A DNA stretch of 64,000 bases from an uncultured Chthonomonadaceae bacterium (GTDB taxonomy: Bacteria > Armatimonadota > Chthonomonadetes > Chthonomonadales > Chthonomonadaceae): NCBI GenBank assembly GCA_963817895.1, contig CAWFQB010000011.1, positions 96,001-160,000 on the forward strand, read 5' to 3'. The translations under genes were made by a program, and so were the position numbers. This document shows positions 53,076 to 62,720 of the stretch, one piece after another. Each line of letters begins with the position of its first letter. Position 1 is the first letter of the stretch. Under the pieces are notes generated by a model. The model made no database searches, was not told the DNA's origin, and was given only the letters and a program-made list of their open reading frames with translations.

Positions 53076-54184
53076 CCCGCTTTTTTCTGCTGCAATCGCG
53101 CCTGTTCCTGCTGCAAGTGGAGGGCGCGATCCATCAAAAAGTGGTGCGCGTTGAGGGGAACGGCCTGTAACAGCAACTGCGTCCCCTGTCCGTTGGGGCG
53201 GGCGACAAAGCATGTCGGCCTGGACAGGGGCAGGCCGAGCAGGTTGTCGGCGGTCCAGATAAGCGGCTGCCGGAACTTGATGGCGCGGTACGAGTAGCCC
53301 TTCACTTCCAGTATGCTGTTCTGGCGCGGAAAGCGGCTCAATGGGTCGAGAAGCGTGGGCTGGTCGTCGGACGCGCCTTCGGGACGGGCGAGAAACTTGG
53401 CCCACACTTTGGCGCGGACGGCGCGCGGATCAAAAAAGAGCTGCTGCTGATCCAGTTCGGGCGTGAAGTCCAGGCGGGCGAGAAAATAGGGGAATGGGAA
53501 GCGGACGTAGCGGCGCAGGCCGTAAAACGCTCCCGAAGGCGTCACGCCTAATACGTCCGCCATTTCCCAGATGTTCAGGCCGAACTGACGGGCGCGTTCG
53601 CGCAGGATTTCGGGCGGCATGGCGACGGCATACGCGAACGCATCCGCCATACGGCGCGGACTCTCCACGCCATGCAGTTCCCGCCAACTGTTCCACCATC
53701 CAACCCGCGCCTCGCACCGCCGAAAAATAAGCGTAAACAATCCCTGCAATATGCGGATGTTCTGGCGGGCGTCGCGCTGCGCTGCCAGATGTATCTGCCA
53801 CTGCCTGCTGACCGGATCGCAATCCAGCGTGACCGGTTCCACCACCGCTTCGTGGCGCAACAGGGCAATGTCGAAAATTTGCAGCAGGTCCAGCAGGGAA
53901 GAACCCAGCGGCGAGGCAAGGCCGAACCGCTGCCGGAACTCCTGCGCTATCCGCTCGGCCATTGCCGCAGGCGACATAACAGGCCATGCTCGCGCTTCCA
54001 TCCGCCTTCCGATCTGTAAGCAAAATCCTTCCAGCGGTTCCCCCGCCGAACTGTCCGGTATCACTTCCTGCCTGATTACGCTTTCAACAGCAATAATGAA
54101 AGATTGATTCTCTTGCGCTTCCAAAACTCTATCCTGTACGACATCTGTATTCTGAATATGCCCGCACAAACGCCTGCAATACAT
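53072..54184 (-). CDS. ImmA/IrrE-like protein lacking HExxH (start may be ~54001)
   Basis: 'ADAFAYAVAMP' plus HTH 'IWEMADVLGVTPSGA' resemble the IrrE N-terminal fold. Confidence 0.55.
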   Translation of the reverse strand: MYCRRLCGHIQNTDVVQDRVLEAQENQSFIIAVESVIRQEVIPDSSAGEPLEGFCLQIGRRMEARAWPVMSPAAMAERIAQEFRQRFGLASPLGSSLLDLLQIFDIALLRHEAVVEPVTLDCDPVSRQWQIHLAAQRDARQNIRILQGLFTLIFRRCEARVGWWNSWRELHGVESPRRMADAFAYAVAMPPEILRERARQFGLNIWEMADVLGVTPSGAFYGLRRYVRFPFPYFLARLDFTPELDQQQLFFDPRAVRAKVWAKFLARPEGASDDQPTLLDPLSRFPRQNSILEVKGYSYRAIKFRQPLIWTADNLLGLPLSRPTCFVARPNGQGTQLLLQAVPLNAHHFLMDRALHLQQEQARLQQKKAG

Positions 54185-54303
54185 TCACAATGTAGACATA
54201 AAGGAACTATTCAGTAGATTATCGTACCACAGGTTCAGGATTAAAGCGAATCAAATTTGATACCAGAGACACTCTCTATTGGCCCATAAAAAGTGAATAG
54301 TTA

Positions 54304-54363
54304 CGTAGGGGCGTTGCTTGCTGCGCCTTACTCTGAAAAGGGTTCAGCAAGCAAAACCCCTAC
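54304..54363. repeat. GTAG-family REP doublet
   Basis: gtaggggcgttgcttgctgcgcc ... gggttcagcaagcaaaacccctac. Confidence 0.75.
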
Positions 54364-54472
54364 AACATACTTTTCGCGCTATATTGACAAATTCGTAAAA
54401 CCAAATAGCCCCTCTCCTGGCGCGTTGCGCGGCCAGGAGAGGGGTTGGGGTGAGGTGAAAAACCTTAATGCT

Positions 54473-55135
54473 TCAGAAACGCCCGTAGGGGTTGAACGGG
54501 TCGCTCACATCGTGGCTACGCGGCTGACGCTGGCTTTCCATACGGTCGCGCATCCGCTGCATATCGGAGCGCATCCGTTCAACCGTTTCCTGTTGACGGA
54601 GCATCATGTTGTCTGTTTGCAACTGTAACAGACGCTGCTGTTGAAACATGAATTCCTGATGTTGCCGTCCGCGTTCGGCAACGGGATCGAACATGGGGTA
54701 CACCGGCATGGCCGGCACGTAAATGGGCTGCGACGGAGTACGGACTTCGACATTGATGATTTGTGGCTGCGGCGACACAACCCGAATCTCAGCAGTGGGT
54801 TGTGACTGCTGCGCTTCCGCCAACTGCGCCTGCAACGCGGCGATTTCCGCCTGCTGGCGGGCGCTGCGCCGTTCGCGCAAGATCATGCCAAACAGCATCA
54901 GGCCGAGCAACGCGCTTACGCCCAACAAACACGCGGCGACTTCCAGAGCGCGCGAAGGGGCAGGGGATTGCGGGGATGGCGGCACTGGCGAGTAGTAATG
55001 CGCGGGTGCCGGGTGTGGGGCATTGGGTGTTGAGGCAGAAGGCGGCGCATGGGGCGGCACATAACCGCGATGGCGGCAACGCGCGCAATCCACATCCAGC
55101 GGCGACATCAGAAAACCACAATGGGGACACGTCAT
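54473..55135 (-). CDS. Hypothetical membrane protein with N-terminal zinc ribbon
   Basis: CPHC...CARC, Pro-rich linker, one TM helix, coiled coil. Confidence 0.7.
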   Translation of the reverse strand: MTCPHCGFLMSPLDVDCARCRHRGYVPPHAPPSASTPNAPHPAPAHYYSPVPPSPQSPAPSRALEVAACLLGVSALLGLMLFGMILRERRSARQQAEIAALQAQLAEAQQSQPTAEIRVVSPQPQIINVEVRTPSQPIYVPAMPVYPMFDPVAERGRQHQEFMFQQQRLLQLQTDNMMLRQQETVERMRSDMQRMRDRMESQRQPRSHDVSDPFNPYGRF

Positions 55136-55212
55136 GGGATCACGTCCTTTCGCGAAACGAGAAGCGCGTCACAACGAACATGAGTCGTGTTGCTTCGACC
55201 ACGAATACGCGC

Positions 55213-55275
55213 ATTATAACACAGTCTGCGCGTCCTGACAAGTCGTTGACACAATAAAAGCGCATGGGCTATACT
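55213..55275. promoter_or_regulatory. Back-to-back divergent sigma70 promoters
   Basis: Minus: TTGTCA-17-TATAAT (55241-55213). Plus: TTGACA-18-TATACT (55246-55275). Confidence 0.65.
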
Positions 55276-55354
55276 TTGGTTGGAAAAGGAACTATCCGCC
55301 GCCGTTCATGCCGACGCGCGTGTTCCTGCAATTTGGGTGAAGAAGGGACGCGCA

Positions 55355-56338
55355 TTGAATCACAACCAACCGGGCGCAAGCAACCAGAACAGTGAAGTGA
55401 AGATATTTGCCGGACCGGGCAACCCCGCGCTTGCGCAGTCCGTCGCGGAATGGCTCGGCCTTCCACTCGGAAAAATGCACTACAGCCAGTTTGCGGACGG
55501 AGAAAACTACGTGCGCTTCGACGAGAGCGTTCGTGGCACGGACGCCTATATCATTCAGCCGACCTGCTCGCCCGTAGATACCAACCTCATGGTGCTTCTG
55601 TCCGCGATTGACGCCCTGCGCCGAGCCAGCACATGGCGCATCACGGCTGTTCTCCCCTATTATGGCTACGCCCGTCAGGAGAAGAAAGTCCTGCCCCGCG
55701 AACCCATTACGGCCAAACTGGTTGCCGACCTGATCGAAACGGCGGGGGCGCATCGCGTGATGTGTCTGGATTTACACGCCGACACCATTCAGGGCTTTTT
55801 CAACATTCCCGTAGATCATCTGGAAGCCGTCAACCTGTTCACCGACTACTTCGGCGCGAAATGGCAGAACGGTATGGACGATATTGTTGTCGTGTCGCCG
55901 GACGAGGGGCGCGTGAAAAAAGTGCGCAAAGTGGTGCAAACGCTCAAAGCCCCGCTTGCCGTCGGTTACAAACACCATCCGGGCCACATGGTTTCGGAAG
56001 TCACTCACCTTGCCGGCGACGTGCGGGGCAAAATTCCCGTTATTGTTGAGGACATGATTACTACGGGCGGCAGCATCATTCAGGCCGTTGACGCCCTCCT
56101 CGCGCACGGCTGCCGCCCCGAAATCTACATTGCCGCCACGCACGGCATTTTAGCCCGTAACGCCGTCGAGCGCATCTGCTCCCGCCCCGAAGTGGCCGAA
56201 GTGGTCATTACAGACAGCGTTCCCCTGCCGCCCGAAAAGCATCACCCCAAAATCACTGTCCTTTCCGTCGCCTCCCTCTTCGGCGAAGCCATCCACCGCG
56301 CCAGCAATGATCTGTCTATTACCAGTTTGTTTGACTGA
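55355..56338 (+). CDS. prs: Ribose-phosphate pyrophosphokinase family protein (atypical motifs)
   Basis: 'FADGE', 'PYYGYARQ', 'DLHA..IQGFF', 'VSPD', 'ATHG', 'TDSVP'. Confidence 0.88.
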   Translation: MNHNQPGASNQNSEVKIFAGPGNPALAQSVAEWLGLPLGKMHYSQFADGENYVRFDESVRGTDAYIIQPTCSPVDTNLMVLLSAIDALRRASTWRITAVLPYYGYARQEKKVLPREPITAKLVADLIETAGAHRVMCLDLHADTIQGFFNIPVDHLEAVNLFTDYFGAKWQNGMDDIVVVSPDEGRVKKVRKVVQTLKAPLAVGYKHHPGHMVSEVTHLAGDVRGKIPVIVEDMITTGGSIIQAVDALLAHGCRPEIYIAATHGILARNAVERICSRPEVAEVVITDSVPLPPEKHHPKITVLSVASLFGEAIHRASNDLSITSLFD

Positions 56339-56487
56339 GCCGAAAGGATAATTTAACACAATCTTAATTCGTCCGGCGACAGCAAACGCCTCAATTCTTC
56401 GAGAAATATCTTATACTATAGTTGCGCGGTGTCGGCGTTGCTGCACCGTTGCCATATCTGCTGTCATTCTCCTCGAAAGGATCACCC

Positions 56488-57277
56488 TTGAACAAGTTGT
56501 TCCCGCCTGCGACGCCAAATCGTCGCTCCGGCTTCACCCTGATTGAATTGCTCGTCGTCATCGCGATCATCGCGATTCTTGCCGCCATTTTGTTCCCCGT
56601 CTTTGCGCAAGCGCGCGAGAAAGCCCGCCAGGCAAGCTGCCTGTCCAATATGAAGCAGATTGGCACGGCGACCCTGATGTATGTGCAGGACTATGACGAG
56701 TCGTATGCCAACGAAGGCGGATACCAAACTCCGCTTTACTTTCAGCCGACGGCAGACAACACGCCCTTGCGCGATATTCAGCCCTACGCCAAAAACTATG
56801 ACCTTTACAAATGTCCCAGCAATTCCAGCTTCATCTCGCTGACACCGGCAACCCCGCACAAGGAATACCGGGCTGCCATCCTGCCAAGCGGAGTGATTTT
56901 CGGCGTACAGTGCAAGTACCAGCAGTTCGGGGGGCGCTGCGGCATGAGCATCGCCGGCATTTTGCAGCCCTCTTCCATCGTTATGATGCGCGACCATCAT
57001 GACAGCTTCGATGCCGACATTATGCGCCCGATATACAACAGCGCCGACCACTATTACTACGCCGTTGCCGACGCCGCGCCCTGCCTCCACCTGGGGCATT
57101 CACTCCGAGGGCAACTGCCTGATCTTCTCCGACGGCCATGCCAAGTGGAAAAAGACGATTGCCCTGACCCCCCGCGACTTTGGTCTGGGCAGTTTGGGCG
57201 CGCAAAGCGCGGATCAGGGCAACCTCACCGGCAATGAGCCGGGGTTGCCGATTGACCCCACTCTCGTCAGTCAGTAA
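56488..57277 (+). CDS. Prepilin-type N-terminal cleavage/methylation protein with DUF1559 and H-X9-DG motif (frameshifted)
   Basis: '[40 protein letters not shown]' and '[15 protein letters not shown]'. Confidence 0.93.
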
Positions 57278-57302
57278 TCTATAAGCGCGATTGTTCAAGA
57301 AA

Positions 57303-57331
57303 GAAGCGGAAGCCCGGACGGCTTCCGCTTC
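57303..57331 (+). terminator. Probable terminator hairpin
   Basis: gaagcggaagcc/ggcttccgcttc. Confidence 0.6.
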
Positions 57332-57548
57332 CTTGCGTTTCAGGGCAAATTCACAGACGGCACGTTTTGCTAAATTTTCCCGTCGCGCTTCCCGATACAT
57401 AGGAAAGGATGAAGGATGAGGGATGAAGGATGAACCTGCCCTCCTTCTCAAAACTGTGTTCATCTCAAAGATGTGTATGAACATCGGCTATGCTTTACCA
57501 AGTCGTATGCCTTCATCCCTCATCCCTCATCCTTTGCCGGAGGCGCGC

Positions 57549-59996
57549 ATGAACATGGTGGAAGAACGGCCCCGACGGGCAATGGCGGACGCGGCGCAGA
57601 AATCGCCCGCAGAGCCGGATATGTGGACGCGACCCTGGTCTGTCCTGATACACGGTCAACGGTGCCATATTTCGCTAACCAATGTGGCCGGGCGCGTATA
57701 TCCCGCCGTGCATAACAATTTTATGGTTCAGATGCTTGGTATCGCGCCCCACGAGCAAGTTCTCGACATTGGCGGCGGGGATGCCCCTTTCGGACGCGCC
57801 AATGTGGTCACGGACGCTTTTCCCGATATGAACGCGCACCGGAGCGGGCGGGCGGCGCGGGTGGATGTGGGAAGTGAAACGGGCGTCACGTTCGTACCCT
57901 GCTTTGCCGAAGAGCTGCCGTTTGCCGACCACGCTTTTGATGTGGCGTACTGCCGCATGGTGCTGGAACATGTGCTGGACCCCGCCGCCGCCTGCCGGGA
58001 AATGATGCGCGTGGCAAAGCGTGGTTTTCTGGAAACCCCCTCGCCCCTCGCGGAGTATCTGGGCGGCCATCCCACGCATCGCTGGATCGTGTGGGTAGAG
58101 CGCCTGCCCGGCCAACTCCCCACGCTCGTATTTCGGCGCAAGCCGTTTCGCCGCGCGCCGCTTGGCTACGCCCTGCGCGGGGCGTGGTTTCAGGACGAGG
58201 CGTTTCAGTTCCGATGGGAATGGCAGTACCGCAATGTGGTTTGTACGCAGTTGGCCTGGGAGGGGGAGTTCGCGTTCCGGGTTGAGGCAGATGGGGACGG
58301 CATTGATTACGACGATCCCGCGCAGGCGGCGGAAGCGCATCTGGATGCCGCGCTGTGTTCGCTGCACTGGGGCGACGTGCCGATCAATGTGATTTTGCCC
58401 GACATAGATTACGCCCTGTCGCTACGTCCCGAATGGGCGCTGGCGCACAACACGCGCGGCGTCGCCCTGTGGCGCGAACAGCGTTTTGCCGAAGCCTGCC
58501 AATCATTCGCGCAAGCTACCCAATCAGACCCGAACCATCCCGATTTTGAGCGCAACGCAGCCTTAACCCCTGCCACTCTCACCGCCACGCCGCCCGTCAT
58601 GGTAATGCTGGAGGAAGCCGAAGGCAACGCGCCCCGTCCCGAATTCCCCCTCTGCGCCGTTACGCCCCCGCAGATTGACCACGACGTTCGCCTGCTGCTA
58701 AACCTGCCTCCCGCGCCCGCCCGTGTAGCGCATTCACTTTATGCCCGATTGAAAGGGAAGGACAAGGAGAAGTGGAGAAAAGGAGAAGAGGAGACAGGGA
58801 GACAGGAAGACATACAATCGGCAATCGACAATCGGCAATCGGCAATGGAATCATCCCTCATCCCTCATCCCTCATCCTTTGCCCTCACCTGGCATGCCCC
58901 CCTGCGCGATCCGAGCGGGTATGCGGACGAGGCTCGGCATTTTCTGTTCGCGCTGCATCAGGCGGGCGTGAAAGTGGCGGCGCGGGCCATTCGGTGGAGC
59001 GATAAAGTAACCGTTCTGCCTGCGGGACGCGAACGCATTTTGCAAACCCTGATGCGGCAGCCCGCGCAATCGGGAGCCATAAACGTTTGCCATATCCTCG
59101 CGCCCCTGTTTCAGCGGGACGCGACGGCAAAAGCGAACATAGGCCGCACGATGTTTGAAACCGACCGACTGCCGGCAGGATGGGCGGACGCCTGCAATCA
59201 GATGGATGCCATTTGGGTTCCGAGCCGGTTCAATGTGGAAACATTTGCCAACGCGGGCGTACAGCGGGACAAACTGCGCGTGGTTCCCGGCGCGATTGAC
59301 CTTGCGCCGTATAATCCCTCCTGCCCGCCCTTGCAAATTGACGGCGCGCGCGGTTTCAATTTCCTATCGGTGTTCGATTGGACGCTGCGCAAGGGATGGG
59401 ATGTGCTGATACGCGCGTTTGTGGAAGAGTTTCGCGCAGCGGAAGACGTCGCGCTGATTCTGAAAACGCACAGTTCGCTCGGCTACACAGGAACGCAGAT
59501 GCTGAATGTCGTCGCGTCCTACATTTCCGATACCCTGAAGCGCGACCTGAACCACATTCCCGACATTGTGCTGCAAGACGCGAATGTGCCGGACGCGCGT
59601 ATGCCCAACCTGTACCGGGCGGCGGACTGCTACGTGATGCCGTCGCGGGGCGAAGGGTGGGGGCGTCCGTACATGGAAGCGATGGCGATGGGCCTGCCCG
59701 TAATCGCGACCGGATGGAGCGGCCAAACGGAATTTATGAATGACGCAAACAGTTATATGCTGGATTATGAAGTGGTGGACGTGCCGGAAACCGCGTACCG
59801 CGAAACTCCAACCTATCAGGGCCACAAATGGGCCGAACCCTCCTGCAACCATCTGCGGCAACTGATGCGCCGCGCTTTTGAAGACCGCGCGGAAGGCCGA
59901 AATCTGGGCGAAGCCGCCCGCGCCCATCTGGAAACCCATTTCACTTACGCGCCCGTCGCCGCGAAGATTATGGAGGAAGTAGCCAGTAGTCAGTAG
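57549..59996 (+). CDS. Methyltransferase - TPR - GT4 glycosyltransferase fusion
   Basis: 'VLDIGGG', 'LPFADHAFD..VLEHV', TPR 'AHNTRGVAL', 'FETDRLP', 'RKGWD', 'RGEGWGRPYMEAMA'. GGAGG RBS. Confidence 0.88.
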   Translation: MNMVEERPRRAMADAAQKSPAEPDMWTRPWSVLIHGQRCHISLTNVAGRVYPAVHNNFMVQMLGIAPHEQVLDIGGGDAPFGRANVVTDAFPDMNAHRSGRAARVDVGSETGVTFVPCFAEELPFADHAFDVAYCRMVLEHVLDPAAACREMMRVAKRGFLETPSPLAEYLGGHPTHRWIVWVERLPGQLPTLVFRRKPFRRAPLGYALRGAWFQDEAFQFRWEWQYRNVVCTQLAWEGEFAFRVEADGDGIDYDDPAQAAEAHLDAALCSLHWGDVPINVILPDIDYALSLRPEWALAHNTRGVALWREQRFAEACQSFAQATQSDPNHPDFERNAALTPATLTATPPVMVMLEEAEGNAPRPEFPLCAVTPPQIDHDVRLLLNLPPAPARVAHSLYARLKGKDKEKWRKGEEETGRQEDIQSAIDNRQSAMESSLIPHPSSFALTWHAPLRDPSGYADEARHFLFALHQAGVKVAARAIRWSDKVTVLPAGRERILQTLMRQPAQSGAINVCHILAPLFQRDATAKANIGRTMFETDRLPAGWADACNQMDAIWVPSRFNVETFANAGVQRDKLRVVPGAIDLAPYNPSCPPLQIDGARGFNFLSVFDWTLRKGWDVLIRAFVEEFRAAEDVALILKTHSSLGYTGTQMLNVVASYISDTLKRDLNHIPDIVLQDANVPDARMPNLYRAADCYVMPSRGEGWGRPYMEAMAMGLPVIATGWSGQTEFMNDANSYMLDYEVVDVPETAYRETPTYQGHKWAEPSCNHLRQLMRRAFEDRAEGRNLGEAARAHLETHFTYAPVAAKIMEEVASSQ

Positions 59997-60064
59997 TCAG
60001 TAGAACCCCTTTCCTGTAAGATGTTACCGCGCTATATCTACGTTGCACAACCGGACACATTCTC

Positions 60065-60198
60065 GCCAGGGGTTGAAAACCCCTGTCTACATGGCCTACG
60101 GCCAAGCGTCCTTCGGACGCAAATGCTTATTTTCAGTGGATCGCGTCCGAAGGACGCTTGGCGGGACGCCACTCAGACGGGTATTTTCAATGCCCGGC
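60065..60198. repeat. Composite palindromic element, copy 2
   Basis: Same three-hairpin layout as 8444-8563. Confidence 0.85.
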
Positions 60199-60283
60199 AA
60201 CAAGGCTTGCGGTAGTGAAATTTTCGTAAGAAAGCGTTTCTACTGGCCCCTGACCCCTGATCCCTGACCCCTACGGAGTTTTT

Positions 60284-62683
60284 ATGCGCCTCCTCGTCGG
60301 ATATACCAATCAAATGCCGGAAGTTACCGGCAAGCGTCCCTTACCGGGCCGGGAAAACAATGCGGATGAGATTCTGGCGTTTGGGGCCGGATACGCGCAT
60401 CTGAATGTCACGCCGGACATGGACTGGCAGGGCATACAGGCGCAATTTCCCACTGGCTGGACGCCGGACGTTTACATCCACTGGAGTCCCGAATACAACC
60501 CGATTCCCGCCGGATTGCAGGACGCGGACTGTCTCACTGTGGGCGTTTTCGGGGATTGGAATTTAGGCGGGCAGGCGATGCGGGCGGTAGGCGGCATGTT
60601 CGATGTCCTGATTGCCGACCGGGTTGGCTGCGAACGCCTGCGCAACATGGAATTTACCAACGTCCTGCACGGCCTGCTATGGGCGCACGAATCGGACAAA
60701 CACCGCGTTCTGAACAATTACCGTGACCCGCGCGCAACGGAAAGCCCCTCTCCTGGCGAGGAACGAGCGGCCAGGAGAGGGGTTGGGGTGAGGTACTCCG
60801 AGCGCGACATAGACATTCTGATGATCGGCAACTTCAACCACGCCATACAATGGGAGCGGGCAAAATGGCTGGCGCGGGTAGCCCGCCTGTCGTCACGCTA
60901 CAAAGTCATGCTTACGAGCGGCGTATACGGGGATGAGTATGTCAAGTTGATGAACCGGGCGAAAATCGTGTTCAACCGCAGCATCCGGGGCGAAGCGAAC
61001 ATGCGGGCCTATGAAGCGCCCGCGTGTGGCGCATTGATGTTCTATGAGGCGGAAAACCGCGAAATTCAGGATGTCTATGTGGATCGCGAACACTGCGTTT
61101 TGTACGATGACAATACGCTGGAAAACTTGCTCGCCCACTATCTTGCGCCCGAAAACGCGGACGAACGCGAACGGATAGCCCAAAATGGCACTGCGCAGGT
61201 AGCGCAGCACGATTACGCGCATCATTTCGCCGACATTCTCAACCGATTAGAACCGTATGTCGCATCCCATAAGGTCGGAACCCTTCCCCCGCGCCCCTTC
61301 TGCCACCTTCCCACTTCGCGGCAAGCCCTTCATCTCGCCATCCACTGGCTGCTGACGTGCAATGTCGGCGTCTACGCGAAGGCGGAGGAATGGGTAAGAA
61401 AAGGAGAAGAGGAGACAGGGAGAAGAGGAGAAGAGATACGAGATACGAGATACGAGATACGAGTAGAGGAAAAAGGGAAAAGGGAAAAGGGAAAAGAAGA
61501 ATCTCTATCCAACTCCTCAACTCTCAACTCTCAACTCTCTCTGCGGTTCTTGCCGGGGAGATGGCGCGTTGCGCGGTCGCGCCCGATTATGCGCGGCGGT
61601 GCGCGCAACGGGCGATTGCGTTGGCGCGGCAGGTGACGCAAACAGAGCCGGAGTATTTGCTGGCGAGAGTCAATCTGGCGTATCTGTATCTGGCGGCGGG
61701 CTATGCGGCAGAGGGCGAGAAATCGTTGCGAGAAATCGAGGAACGGCTGCAAGCGCGGCTGGAAAGTTGGCAGATGCAGGGCGTCATCTTTCCGCGCTGT
61801 TTTCAGTGGTTCGATGTGGCGTTGGAGCGCATTTACGGCGAACATGCGCCCGCAAGCGAGACGTGGCGAAGCGAAATGCAGTCGCTGCTGACAGTCCGCG
61901 TTCATCTGACGCTGGCCGAAATCACGCTTGCGCGGGGGCAATTCGCCGCAAGCGCGCGCTATGCGGAAACGGCAATGGGGGAAATGCCCCTGCTCGGCGA
62001 AGCGCGTTACGCCCGCGCCTGCGCCCTCCGCGCATTGGGACAGATAGAAGACGCCATTGCCGCGTATCAGGAGACTCTGGCCTGCGCGCCGTTTCACATC
62101 GAAGCGCGGGAAGCCCTCGCGCGCCTGTGCCTGGACGCGGAACGGTCCGCGCAGGCGCTAAACGGGCTGGAAGAGTGGCTGGCGATATTGAACGGCTGTC
62201 CCGTTTATGCCAATCTCATCCCCGCCACGCAAACCTTGCGGCGTCAGGCGCAGGCGATGTTGCGGCAACAGGCAAACGCAACGCCATCGAACAACGGTGT
62301 TAAACGTCTGCTGGCCCTGCCGGACTGGAACAGTCCTGCGGAATGGCAGGCATTGGCATGCGCCTTTGCCCACGCGTATACGCCCGAAGACCCGGTTCTG
62401 CTGATGCTGCGCGCCGACCCCGCCACTTCTCCCGACGCCCAATGCCCTGCTCCGGCAACTGGAACATTTCTTGCGTCAAGACCTGAACATGGCCACCGAC
62501 CGCCTGCCCAACATCACCCTGCTCAATCAGCCCCTTCCGCCCGCCGACTGCTGGAAACTGCTGCACGTCGCGGACGCGCTGATTGCCGACACTCTGCCCG
62601 TCTTCTGGCGCGAACTGGCGTACGCGCGCTGCCTGCCGGTTGTCTCAGTCGAAGAAGTTCAAAAACAATTTAGCCGCGAATGA
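60284..62683 (+). CDS. CgeB-like glycosyltransferase - TPR fusion (frameshifted, with repeat insertions)
   Basis: 'AKIVFNRS..NMRAYEAPACG', 'ERERIAQNG', TPR helices in the 3' half. Confidence 0.75.
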
Positions 62684-62720
62684 ACGCGAATACACGCGAA
62701 TGTGATTAGAGGAAAATAAA

